A stretch of 64,000 nucleotides of DNA, taken from contig NC_043015.1 in assembly GCF_006345805.1 (NCBI RefSeq), forward strand, positions 21,576,001 to 21,640,000, read 5' to 3'. Below, piece by piece: positions 52,691-64,000 of the stretch. The stretch is from Octopus sinensis. Its lineage: Eukaryota. The notes under the pieces were generated by a model that had not been told where the DNA came from, did no database searches, and worked only from the letters and a program-made list of their open reading frames with translations. The position numbers and the translations under genes are program-made. Positions within the stretch are counted from its first letter, which is position 1; every line of letters begins with the position of its first letter.

Positions 52691-54566
52691 CTTAATGATG
52701 ACATTGATTCTAATGAGGCTGAAATGAGATCAAAACGAATGAAGCCGCATCAATTCTTAGACAACAAAAATTCCCACAGTGGATGGATCATCTGCTCACC
52801 GACCATGGTTTATAAGTTACCGTGTTGGTAACTGGTAATCATTCTCGTCTGAGTAGACTCTAACAATGTTTAAAGGAAGCTTAAGGGCTCATCGAACCTT
52901 CAAATCCTAAGATTGAATCCTCATTCTTATAATCGCCAGTATGACACACTAGCCACGTGGGAACACGTTTTCACATATCTTCTTTAACGAGAAATACCTG
53001 CCCCAGTGTATAGGTTATGGTTTTGTCACATTTCGATCATGTCTGATAACAGTATCGCTTGTTTGCGGCCAAGTTGTTGTTAAACTACAACATCAACTAT
53101 ACGAGGGAGATGCCTTTGCTATTACTTATTCTATCCCTGGTTACGTTACACCACGTGACATCGACACTCACTATATCAGTGAGTGTTGATGAAATCAGCA
53201 ATGATACCGTCGTGAAATCTACATCCTTGTATTTTCGAAAGAGACGTTTGCGATGGTCCTTACTTATGTCCTCTTATTATCAACATTATCAAATATATTT
53301 GGTCCCAGTTAATTTTATTCAATTGACAAACTGTCAATCACATATAAAAAAAAAAAAAACAATAAAAAAATACTACAAGTATCGAAACGTTTCATTTACT
53401 GTTAATTCTCATAAAAAAATTGCTCAGTTTGGAAAATAAAGTTAAAATTGCAATCCTAATATATTTCGTTGCTGGCCGTCCTCCCTACTCCTATACAAAA
53501 TTTGTTTCACACCAGCTGTGCCTCTCACATTGTATTTTTATTTCTTTTTTAATACATAATATGCGTTAGTTACTTTTTGTTTCTCATTTCCAGTTTTACG
53601 CTTTTATACCACCATTCAGTTTGCATTTTCATAGATTGCGATTTATTCAACCATGTCGATTTGTTCAACCGTGAATTTGCATTTCCGTTGCAATCAGGAC
53701 AACTTAAACAAAGTCTCTCATCACCAACAGCACCAACACAACCGCCGTCGCCAACAAAAAAAAAAACAAAACAAAATCACCACTACCAAATTCTACAAAA
53801 CACGTACACGCCAAGTGCACATGCATGCGCGCGACACACAAACGCACACATCACATCATATCACATAATAAGCAGCAACGAATTATTCTCACTGCAAAAC
53901 TGCGAAAAAAGTAAACAACAACAAAAAGTCTACAAAAGCAAGGAAAGGTGCACAAGCAAAGCAATTAGTAACAAACATCCACAGCGAAACATCCTCAAAC
54001 AACTACATGTGCACAGTGCAAACAAATTATTAATTAAATATAAATAACAATAAAACAACAATTCATTAAAAAATACCTGCAAATTAATTATACTTTCTGG
54101 AAAACACCTCAATAGGCGCCCATTAACTGAAAAAACGCCGTCATCAACTAAAGTTTACAAATAAAAAATTTAAGCAGCCATTGAACTCCCCTAATACACA
54201 CTTTCACTGGTCGTTTAATCTTTTCTTCTATCAAAAACTGACATGTCTTCTTATAAGGTTCCTAAGCAAAACTGTTTCCTATTTTCCCTTTCCTACAGAG
54301 GATGCTTTTTGTTGCTTTATTTTCTGATTCAACGATTCTTTGTGTTAGGATTTTAGCATTGAAATGTTCACACATGACTACCGGAAGTTTCAAATATTCC
54401 TCGACCTCCATTGTTATTGCACACAAAATAATCAGTTTCATTAAACAGCGAGACACGAAAATTTCTATATATGGGGTTAATAAAAGGCAACATCAGCAGA
54501 ATATAAACAAAAGCAGAGGGTAAACAATACCAAAAGCAAAGTAAACCAAATAAACATATATATGTA

Positions 54567-54619
<53 letters not shown>

Positions 54620-54804
54620 TATATATACATATATACATATGTATATAGTAATATATAACTATATATGTATACACACACACACACATACACACACACACAC
54701 ATATATATATATAATATATATATATATATAATATATATATACATATATACATATGTATAGTAATATATAACTATATATGTATACACACACACACACACAC
54801 CACA

Positions 54805-54873
<69 letters not shown>

Positions 54874-56059
54874 TTTAACATATAAATAGACAAATATGTA
54901 CATATATAGAAAGTTACACGCGCGATCAAACATGTTAGCATGTTTTCCACAACACATTCAACAGCAAATCTATTTAGAATTGTTTTGTATATTCCAATGT
55001 TACATGCTGTGATTACATTGCTTTCTGTATAATAGCGTATAAAAGTACCCACCCCGCCGCCAAATATTCGGAAATATTTCTTTTATAATTACAAATATTG
55101 CCCACTGTTCATGCATTTATCAAAGCGTAATATTAATGTAAATGCACTACAGAACACACACACACACACACACACACATACACACACACACACACACACA
55201 CCAACACGCACACATACATACACACACACTCATGCACAAATGCACATTCATACATACGTACATATATGCAAATATACCCAGCTCCCGAGAGAGACAAAGA
55301 CAGAGAAAAGGGGAGAGAGTCGCAGACAAGTGAATGTGTGTATGAGTATGTGCGTGTGCGTATGTGAGAGTGTATACCTATTCATGTGTACACGTAACAG
55401 ACTTCATGCGCTTGCATTTCTTTCATTTTTTATGCATCGAATGCACATGCTGAGATTTTTAATGTACGCATGTGTGCGTCTATACACAAGTATACATGTT
55501 TTTATGTAAACAGACACACACACATGCGAGCTCGTATATTCATTTACTCACGACTTAATGAAACGGCAATTTTTTCAACCATAACAAAAAAATATGTTAT
55601 CTTGTTCGGTGATTTGAAAAGTAAAAAAAAAAAAATACATAGTACCAGTCTACAAATATTCATTGTCAGTAAATCTATGAATATTACTAATGTTTTCTAA
55701 AAAGCACACACACACACACATATATATAATATTTAACATTATACTATTGTCTAAAAATGTAAAAAAAAAAATCCCATTTCAAAACAGAGTGACTGTACAA
55801 AAATATTCGATTGTTTGCTGTTTAATCAAATCAAATCAAATAAAGTGAAAGTAGATACAAGAGAACTAAGTGTTGAACCCATATTAATGCCTGTGATGAA
55901 AAAAAATAATATTTAACACAGACTGGATTGTGAAAATTGAAAATGAACGAAAATAAAAAAGCGATAGAAAATTATAGCGGATTTGATGAGGTGTGAATTA
56001 AAAGCAATGGTGTGCGCCATTGTGATAAACGTGATCGTCACTCACGTCTGCACACACTC

Positions 56060-56126
<67 letters not shown>

Positions 56127-56144
56127 CACATATATATATATATG

Positions 56145-56206
<62 letters not shown>

Positions 56207-56211
56207 CATAT

Positions 56212-56257
<46 letters not shown>

Positions 56258-56759
56258 CATATATAAATATATATATATTTATATACATACACATGTATAT
56301 ATATTATATATATATATGTATATATACATATGTACATGCACATCCTCATACACACATCCACACATACATACAGGCACGTACATACATATTAACGCACTTG
56401 GGCATAGTGCTAACGTACATATACGTACAATCACAATCACGAAAACATTCTTTAATATCTTTCTAGCAAACACAAATGCACAAATATATGCGACGGTCTA
56501 TTCCTAGATATAATATCTGTGTAGTTGTCTGTCGGGTCTCATTGTCTGTGTTTATGTATGAATATGTATACATTAATATGCAAATATATTCATGCGTGCA
56601 TCCACACTCACACATACACACACATATCTATGTGTGTGTATGTGTGCATACGTATATGTATGCATACGTATACATATATATGCATGTGTACATGCACAGA
56701 CACATATATACGTATAATCATATTAGTTAGATTACTGCCATGAAGAGACGTATTTAGGC

Positions 56760-56915
56760 GTAGGTGTGGTGCTGTAGTAAAACGCTTGCTTCTGAATCAA
56801 ACAATTTGGTGTTCAGTCCTACTGTATGCTACATTGAGAAAATGTCTTCTATCAAGAAGACTAAACCAATGTGAGTGGATTAGGTTGACGGAAACTGAAT
56901 GAAGCTTTCCGCATA
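56760..56915 (+). mobile_element. SINE head adjacent to the Helitron 3' end
   Basis: GTGTGG..GTTCAGTCCTACTG..GTGAGTGGATT..GACGGAAACTGAATGAAGC, homologous to the head of 5365-5812. Confidence 0.6.
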
Positions 56916-56925
56916 TATGTATATA

Positions 56926-59900
56926 CTAGCTGAATGACCCGAAGATGCCTGGGTTATTGCTGTTCTTATTCAGATTAGTAACTAATAAATATAAAGACAT
57001 ATTCTCATAATTATTTCAGAATTTTTATATTTTATTAAAAATATCCAAATTGTAAGGATAATAGAATTTAGAATTGATAATCTGTCAATGTTGAAGCACC
57101 TCAGGGTAAATAATATTCATCTTGTAATATGTTTTTGGTGTTGAAATGAATAAATTTTTGCTGCTTCCAACTCGCGAGCAAGCAACATAGGGTTGCGTGT
57201 GGGAGAAGCATGCAGGAGAGAGATCAAGTGTAACTTGTTTGAGGGATGCACTGTGAGATTTGTTAATTGAAATACCAAAACTTAGTTTCATTGGAAACTG
57301 AAGTGTCTCAAATTCAAATGGAACATTTGTAGGTAAGACAGAGGTATGTTTGGAATAAACACATTTTCTTTTTTGTGACTACTTGTTAAGATTGTTGCTT
57401 GTAGGGCACGGAGCTTCATGGAAGTAATAAGTAAGCGTGTTCCATTACACAGGTAAATGGGTCAAAATTTCTAAACACCGTAATGGGAGCACCCAGTTTT
57501 AATGTCAACGTATGGCATCCCAGTGTGTTTAAGAGTCTTCAGAAATTCAACAGGTTATTGAAAAACTTGATCTTGATCGAGTGTTGACAATTGATCGAGA
57601 AGCCGTTCCTGATGTATCTGTTAACTTTTGAAGAAGTTCATGATTGAGTTTATCAGCCATTTCATTAGGCGGAGCTAACTAGCTCTTTCAGATAACCAGT
57701 TTCCATATGTGTCATTGACAGATAAATTAGAAAATACATTATTCATAAGATATCTAAGAGAAAGTATCACTTGACAGCATGTAATTTTATGTTGAATTTT
57801 AATATCCCAGTACTAATCTCAAGAAGCTCGTACGATCACCTGGTAGAAGTACTCTGATGTTGCTTGTAAGATGAAGTTTTTCACATGTCTTCAAAGGTAC
57901 GATTTCTTTCAAGCATGCATTGACCTTATCAGCGTTTGATTCTGTGGGGATAACTGACAACGTTTGACGAAAATCTCCTATGTGCCATTGTTTTTTATGT
58001 CTTGGAGGGTACGGTCAAATACCTCTGAAGCTCCACGAGGAAACAGTGCATTTATCCCAAACAATGAGGCAAGTGTGTGGTGAAGAAGAACTGTTGCCAT
58101 TACAGAGATTTTAGAAATGTTGCACATTTACGATTCTTTCATTACAAGGTTTCGAGGGAGTTTGAACATGGAATGAGTTCTTCCGCATTGAGGAAAGTAA
58201 ATTGAATACCAGAAGATGCAGTACTGGAAGAAGGTTAGATCTTATTTCTTCCCATTTGTGATTGCAGGTGAAAGTGACAAAAATATCTGGCTTTCTATAT
58301 GCCCTGATAAATGTCATAACATCTTGTGTCCGTTTCTGCATATATCGAGAAAAACCTCTGAATGATGATGGGAGAATTATAAGTTGCCCCATGTTTTGAA
58401 TATCACTATCTGTCTTCAGAGCATCTTAGAGATGAACATAATTTTTAGCCCTTAACTTATTTGATTGTAATGAATGTAGAAGAGAAGCTCACCTTCAACT
58501 GTAGCTGACATTCAACCAGTCATTGCTGAAATAGATCACGTTACATGGGTAATTGATTTGATTGTTCTGGTCTTATCATCATTTGGTAACAATGGGAGTC
58601 ATTTGACGATACACTTTTGTTTGCAATTGACTCTCCTGTTGCAGATTCAATTTGTGGAATATTGAAATGTTGCCGATTTCAAAACATAAGAGGATACTGG
58701 TGAGCATCATTAGAGGGATTTAGAGGGATGAGTTTCTGAAACACGTTTAACGTTGTTATCTCGAAGACGAATGAAAATATCACGATTTTCATGGGGATCA
58801 CCTACCATACTGATGCCTACTTCATAATATGTGAGTCCATTAAAACGGCGTAAAATGTCCTTTACTATAATTGAATATAGACGTAATGAACACGGAAGCA
58901 CATACACACTCAGACATATATAAGCTCATAGAATTTATAATACCGAAACTGCAAAATGTACTCACACGAAGTTCAAGCAGAACGAAATGTAGTCAATATA
59001 GGTGCAAAACACACTTTCTGTAACAATGTACAAAAGACATTTGGAGGAATATTTCCCAAAAAGATGTTCCGGCTCGGAAAGTCACCAATTTAGCAAACAT
59101 TACTATGCGTTACCAATGTAACAAAGTACAGAAAGTCCAACATTTATTTGGAACGTGTACTAAATGTTATAAGATGCAGGATTGAATGAGACGGTGAAGG
59201 AAGTCAAGCTACAAGGAAATTCAGAAGGCATAATTCAGTTTTTCTCACAAAAATAATATATTATCTTACAATATTTAAACAAATGCTGGGCAAAGTGTGT
59301 ACAAAAGAATATGTTGCTGTTGTGAACGTCAAATAATTTTAAAAGAATTGCTGAAGGATGTGCGTAGCAAGACATCAATTAATTTGACATCATTTACTAT
59401 ATATTTTAACAGGGCAAGGTTATATGCTATAGAATAAATACTGACTAACGCAGTAAAAATATTGCCCGGCGACGAATACACACACTGATAAAGCAGGATA
59501 GCAGGAATACGATAAGGACGCTGGGACCAGAAAGAAAAAAAACAATATTTTCAAACTGGTTATAAGGACTAGAATAACATATCTGTAATTATGTTGAAAG
59601 AACCGTTAGGGCATTATCCTTCGCCAAGTATCCTAATTTGCTATAATAACCTGAATAACTTTTCTTTTTTCCAGACATATTTGAGAGTGTCATGAGTACT
59701 GTCAAATCAGCCAAATATTCATATTGGTTATAAAGACAAGAATATTTCAGGAGTGGTAATCGTTAATGTTGTTTAAACCGCAACTCTCCATGATGAAAAG
59801 GAAAATCCAGACAATGCTGTTGTTCGTTCAACGTCCAAGTTGCAACTAAATGAAACGTTTTCAAAATCGGTGCGTTTCACAAAATCGGACCGTACAGTCA

Positions 59901-59950
59901 CATACATATACTAAGACCGACAGATAGACACACACTTTTACTTGTCAGTC
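56926..59950 (-). mobile_element. Internally deleted, decayed autonomous-type Helitron (Rep and Pif1-like helicase remnants)
   Basis: KRVSETHPS; ILPSSFRGFSRYMQKRTQD..KPDIFVTFTCNHKWEEI; LIVWD..GDFRQTL; SINKSHSASL..CFSHTQPYVACSRVG. The 3' end has an ACCC..GGGT hairpin and CTAG|T at 56926-56929. The 5' boundary is approximate. Confidence 0.9.
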
Positions 59951-60058
59951 ATCTGCCTAACTTACGTAATGAACGCGCAAAAACACACACGCATAAACTC
60001 TCTGATAGATCGTTAGCCACTACACACATTTTTTCTCTCATTGCTTTGTTCTATGTCC

Positions 60059-60094
60059 CTTTCTGTAGAAGAGCATAGGCTCGAAACGTAGAAG
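60059..60094 (+). ncRNA. Minimal hammerhead-like motif with non-canonical core (CTGTAGA)
   Basis: CTTT-CTGTAGA-a GAG catagg CTC-GAAAC GTA-GAAG, within the PLE-terminal repeat at 60000-60180. Confidence 0.5.
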
Positions 60095-60189
60095 ACTTTT
60101 CCTGAGCGTTATACGAATATATCTGTTTGTTTTGTACACCACCTGTCTTCGTCTTTTGTTTTTTCGTAAACTTTCACTATATATATATA

Positions 60190-60625
60190 TATACTCCTTT
60201 ACTCTTATTTGTTTCAGCCATTTGACTGCGGCCATGCTGGAGCAACGCATTTAGTCGAACAAATTGACCACAGTACTTAAAGTTTGTAAGCCTAGTACTT
60301 ATTGTATCGGATTCTTTTGCCGAATCGTTAATTTACGGGGACGTAAACACATGAGCATCGGTTGTCAAGCGCTGATGCGTGTGTGTGTGGGGGGCAAACA
60401 CAGACTCACACACAAGCACACACACATATACATACATATATATATATATATACATGTATATATATATATGTATATATATATAAATATAAATATTATATAT
60501 ATATATATATATACAGGACGGATTTCTTTCAATTTCTATCTACCAAATCCACTCACAAGTCTTTGGTCAGCCTGACGCTATAGTAGAAGAGGTTCCACGC
60601 AGTGAGACTGAACACGGAACCACTT
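60190..60625 (-). mobile_element. tRNA-derived SINE-like repeat (head, microsatellite, tail)
   Basis: Same blocks as 5365-5812. Confidence 0.75.
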
Positions 60626-60659
60626 CCTTGTCCCAGTTCCTTCTTTTTTATTATTATAT

Positions 60660-61120
60660 GGAAGAGTGTTGGCGCGCATCTACCTAAATAAATACGTTCT
60701 GATAGAATTTTTGCCTGTAGTGCAGGTGGTCTTTTGAGTACAGTTTTCCTAATGTTGTGTTTCAGATTCTCACGTATTACTCCTTACTACAGAAGAGATA
60801 GATGCAAACTTCTCTGCAACAGGTAATAATTGACCTTCAAATTCCGGATTCGATTAGTATACAGATCTCTACAACCTTTTATAGTGTGCGTTGATGTTTG
60901 ATTATGTTCGTGAGTCTTTGTAGAGGAACGTTACTTTAATCATATTGTACTTTTTTCCTACTGACTTTTCTTGAATGCATTTTCCGTCTAGCGAGACGCT
61001 ATCGGTGGTAATACAATAGGAATAAGAGAGTGTGAATTCTAAATTCTTGTACTCAAAGGTGAAATGCTTGATTGCTAGCTGCATTAAAGAATGGGCGATA
61101 GTTGTATTGACATGAAAGTT
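60660..61120 (-). mobile_element. Possible decayed LINE RT fragment
   Basis: Weak resemblance to the RT TLSP-x-LF, LYADD and E-x-F-x-YLGS regions (e.g. VTFLYKD, EGQLLPVAEKF). Confidence 0.25.
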
Positions 61121-62305
61121 ATGTCCTATCCTGTATGTTATTTACTTTTCTGTTTTTTTTTACACTAGCTCTATTGTTTTGTCTTACTTTGTAATATATT
61201 TGTCTCTTAAAAATCCCGCTCAAATCATGTATTACGGATTTAAGCAGCTTATTTCAAAGATTCGATTTCTCAGGATAAGTCAGATAAATTTTCCCTAATA
61301 TTGCTAGGTAAGCGTTTTAAAATATCAGAGCATTTGCGAATGTAATGTTTAGTTTTACAAGGTATTGTATATGGATTATAATATTTACAGGAGTTTAAGT
61401 AGAAAACCTTTTCTGAATATTGAAGGTGATATTATTTATTTGAAGATTTTCATCCTGTATTTTATGTTTTGTAGACATGCCTACATCGTATTCCTTTGCA
61501 TTTAGGATAGTATAGCTATTGATTCGAATGTTAACTCAGACTGATAATCCTATTACGTCTTTCAGCTCCATGAAACATCATATGGGGAGGGCGACTACGA
61601 CATTGCGGGGGCGTTTCATACAGATTGAGACACCAAAGAAAAGAAATAGGTTTCTATCAGACTGAACGCGTTATTATTGACCTCATTAATTGTCGGGGAA
61701 ATTTGGTCTGAGCAAATAAAAAAGAAAAAAATGGGAAAGCTAAGTCGACAAGTTTAGTATAAAATTTCGAATGGCCAGTTGTGTAAATTTTAAATTATAG
61801 TTACCGTGTATGCTGTTCAAAATTTCATGATCGAAAGTCTATCATTCTTGACTGAGAGGTTAAATGATGGCTTTTTGGAGAGATTCAACAACGGTTATTA
61901 AAACTATTTCTAATTCAGTGTTAATTGGTTTCACGATCATAGTGTCTATTGATAATTGACATGTGGCCTTTCAAAGCAAGATATGGTTTCCAGCTGAGAA
62001 ATTATGCGAATCTATTACCAACGCACGCACACACACACATGCACACACACGCGCACGCACACATACATACACATACCAACACACACACATGCACATAGAA
62101 GCACATACATTAAGCTATCACTTGCAGTCATACCAGTAACTGGCATGTCTATCTCGTTCAAAATTCACTTTGCATCCATACGGGTTCTGTTTCAATCCCA
62201 GTGCATGATCAAATGGGCCATGCATTTTACTATCTCACCGTACGATGAACAAGTGTTGGGAGAGGACCCGGTAGCCGGATAAGGGACTGATTCATTATAT
62301 ATATA

Positions 62306-63510
62306 CAGGGTGCATAAGGTATTTCAGGACAGACCTGTTTTTGTTCATTGCTGCAGCTTTTGCTAACTTTTTATAATCGTTGTTTTAAAAAATGGCAGTC
62401 ACTCAGCTAACTCAAGAAATGACTCTTCATTGCTGTTAATTTAGTTATAAATGCTGAGCATAGAGATTTAAAAGTATCTCGATTTTTAAAAGTTGCCAGA
62501 TCTTTCGTCTACAAAGTTTGTAAGGAGCTAGAGATTGAAAATGGAAACGTATCACCAGTATCACAGAATAAACAAGTTTTCTAAACTCTGAAATCATCAG
62601 AATACCTGAATTTATCCAGCAAGTTTAACAGACCATAGATTGCAATCCTAGAAAATCCATGAGGTCAATTGCAAAAGATCTCCATGTATCAGAAGGAACA
62701 GTCAGAAAAGTTGTCCTCGAAAACATCAGATACAAGTCTCATATGATGATTAAAGGTCAATTTGTCAAAAAGGCAACAGAAAATCACTACATCAGATCTA
62801 AAAGTCTCTTCAAGAAACTAAAAATCCTGTAGAAAAAATATTTCATTTGGTTTTTCTCAAACGAAAAATACTTCGACCAAGATCAAAACTTTAACAGAAG
62901 AAATGACAAATGGTTATGTGCAGACCCTTCTGAAGTTCCAAGTTTTAGGCATACAACATTTCCTGCAACTGTCGTGGTTTTAGGGGTTGTCAGTAATGAA
63001 GGACATGTGATGCCTCTTAACTTCTTTCCACAAGAACTCTGCCGCCTCCATTGAGGTCCTGGAAACAATTGTTAAGACCTGGAGAGACAGTGTATACAGT
63101 GGAAATTTATATGTGTTACAGTAAGACATGGCTCTAGTAACACAGGAACAGATGGCTGAAAATTTTCATGATCACATAGTCTCTAATATTTGGCCTTGAA
63201 CTGTTACACGTGGAGCGTTGTTAAGAAAGAGATCAATGAACACGCCCATAACACCAAAATTTCTTTGAAAGCTTCTATAGTCAGAGTAATGTCCAAAATG
63301 AATCAGGACTACTTGATTCGAGCATGTAGATGATTTAGATCTCATATAAAAGCAGTTTTCGAAGCTGAAGGTGGTTTTATTGAATAACATTATAGAAAAG
63401 ACGGTTTGTTTTTATCCTCATACATATTTTTGATAAATAAAATCATTATCTGTTATTAAATATGTTTTCTTATAAACATAAATCCATCCTCAAATATCTT
63501 ACGCACCCAA
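62306..63510 (+). mobile_element. Near-full-length decayed Tc1/mariner-superfamily element
   Basis: Imperfect TIRs TA|CAGGGTGCATAAG and CTTACGCACCCAA|TA. Transposase remnants (FSNEKYFDQDQ; FPATVVVLGVVSNEGHVMP) are broken by stops and frameshifts. Confidence 0.85.
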
Positions 63511-63524
63511 TATATATACACACG

Positions 63525-63582
<58 letters not shown>

Positions 63583-63634
63583 ATATGTGGTGTGTGTGTG
63601 TGTGTGTGTGTGTGTATGTTTGTATTCATTTATT

Positions 63635-63790
63635 CCTTTACTCTTTTACTTGTTTCAGTCATGTGACAGTGGCCATGCTGGAGCACAGTTCTTGAAAGGG
63701 ATTTTACTGGAAGAAATCCACCCTAAGACTTTTTGGAAGCTTTGTACTTTATGCTATCGTTTTCTATTGTCGAACTGCTAAGTTACAAAA
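63635..63790 (-). mobile_element. SINE tail
   Basis: CTCTTTTACTTGTTTCAGTCATGTGACAGTGGCCATGCTGGAGCAC is the reverse complement of the 19715-type tail. Confidence 0.7.
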
Positions 63791-63847
63791 ATATCTATAT
63801 GTATATATACATACATACTTTCATACACACATATACATATATATTTA

Positions 63848-63944
<97 letters not shown>

Positions 63945-64000
63945 CTTTCTCTCTCTCTCTCCATATATATACATATATATATATATATAATATATATATA

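Noticed and set aside
53159-53191. 14-bp hairpin (CATCGACACTCACT/AGTGAGTGTTGATG)
   Set aside because: Too short for a pre-miRNA, isolated, and the adjacent TGATGA..GAAA does not fold as a hammerhead.
54620-54830. Tandem duplication of about 115 bp inside a microsatellite
   Set aside because: Consistent with slippage or an assembly artefact; no functional signal.
55983-56743. YI/CV/HT-rich ORFs here and throughout the window
   Set aside because: Dinucleotide (TA)n/(CA)n repeats lack stop codons; these are not genes.

Overview
AT-rich, microsatellite-saturated eukaryotic DNA. The repeat families and (TA)n/(CA)n density suggest an Octopus genome; this is an inference. I found no host protein-coding gene, rRNA, tRNA or CRISPR array, and most ORFs in the six-frame track are microsatellite artefacts. 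The window is a transposon graveyard. It holds one near-complete Penelope-like retroelement (PLE; RT plus C-terminal GIY-YIG, about 410-bp near-identical terminal direct repeats, 13431-18092) and four more PLE 3' remnants. It also holds three R4/Dong-type RLE non-LTR fragments, a decayed Helitron plus a non-autonomous Helitron, three Tc1/mariner remnants, a pogo/Tigger remnant, a probable solo LTR, a 640-bp foldback element and many tRNA-SINE-like repeats. The most interesting signal is a dense set of type-I hammerhead ribozyme (HHR) motifs found by eye. Several sit inside 420-505-nt terminally redundant units or in divergent inverted pairs, i.e. candidate retrozyme-like, non-autonomous PLE-dependent ribozyme elements. 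One HHR family carries U instead of the near-invariant core A6 in all three copies. Ribozyme folds and family assignments were made by manual inspection and need computational and experimental confirmation.
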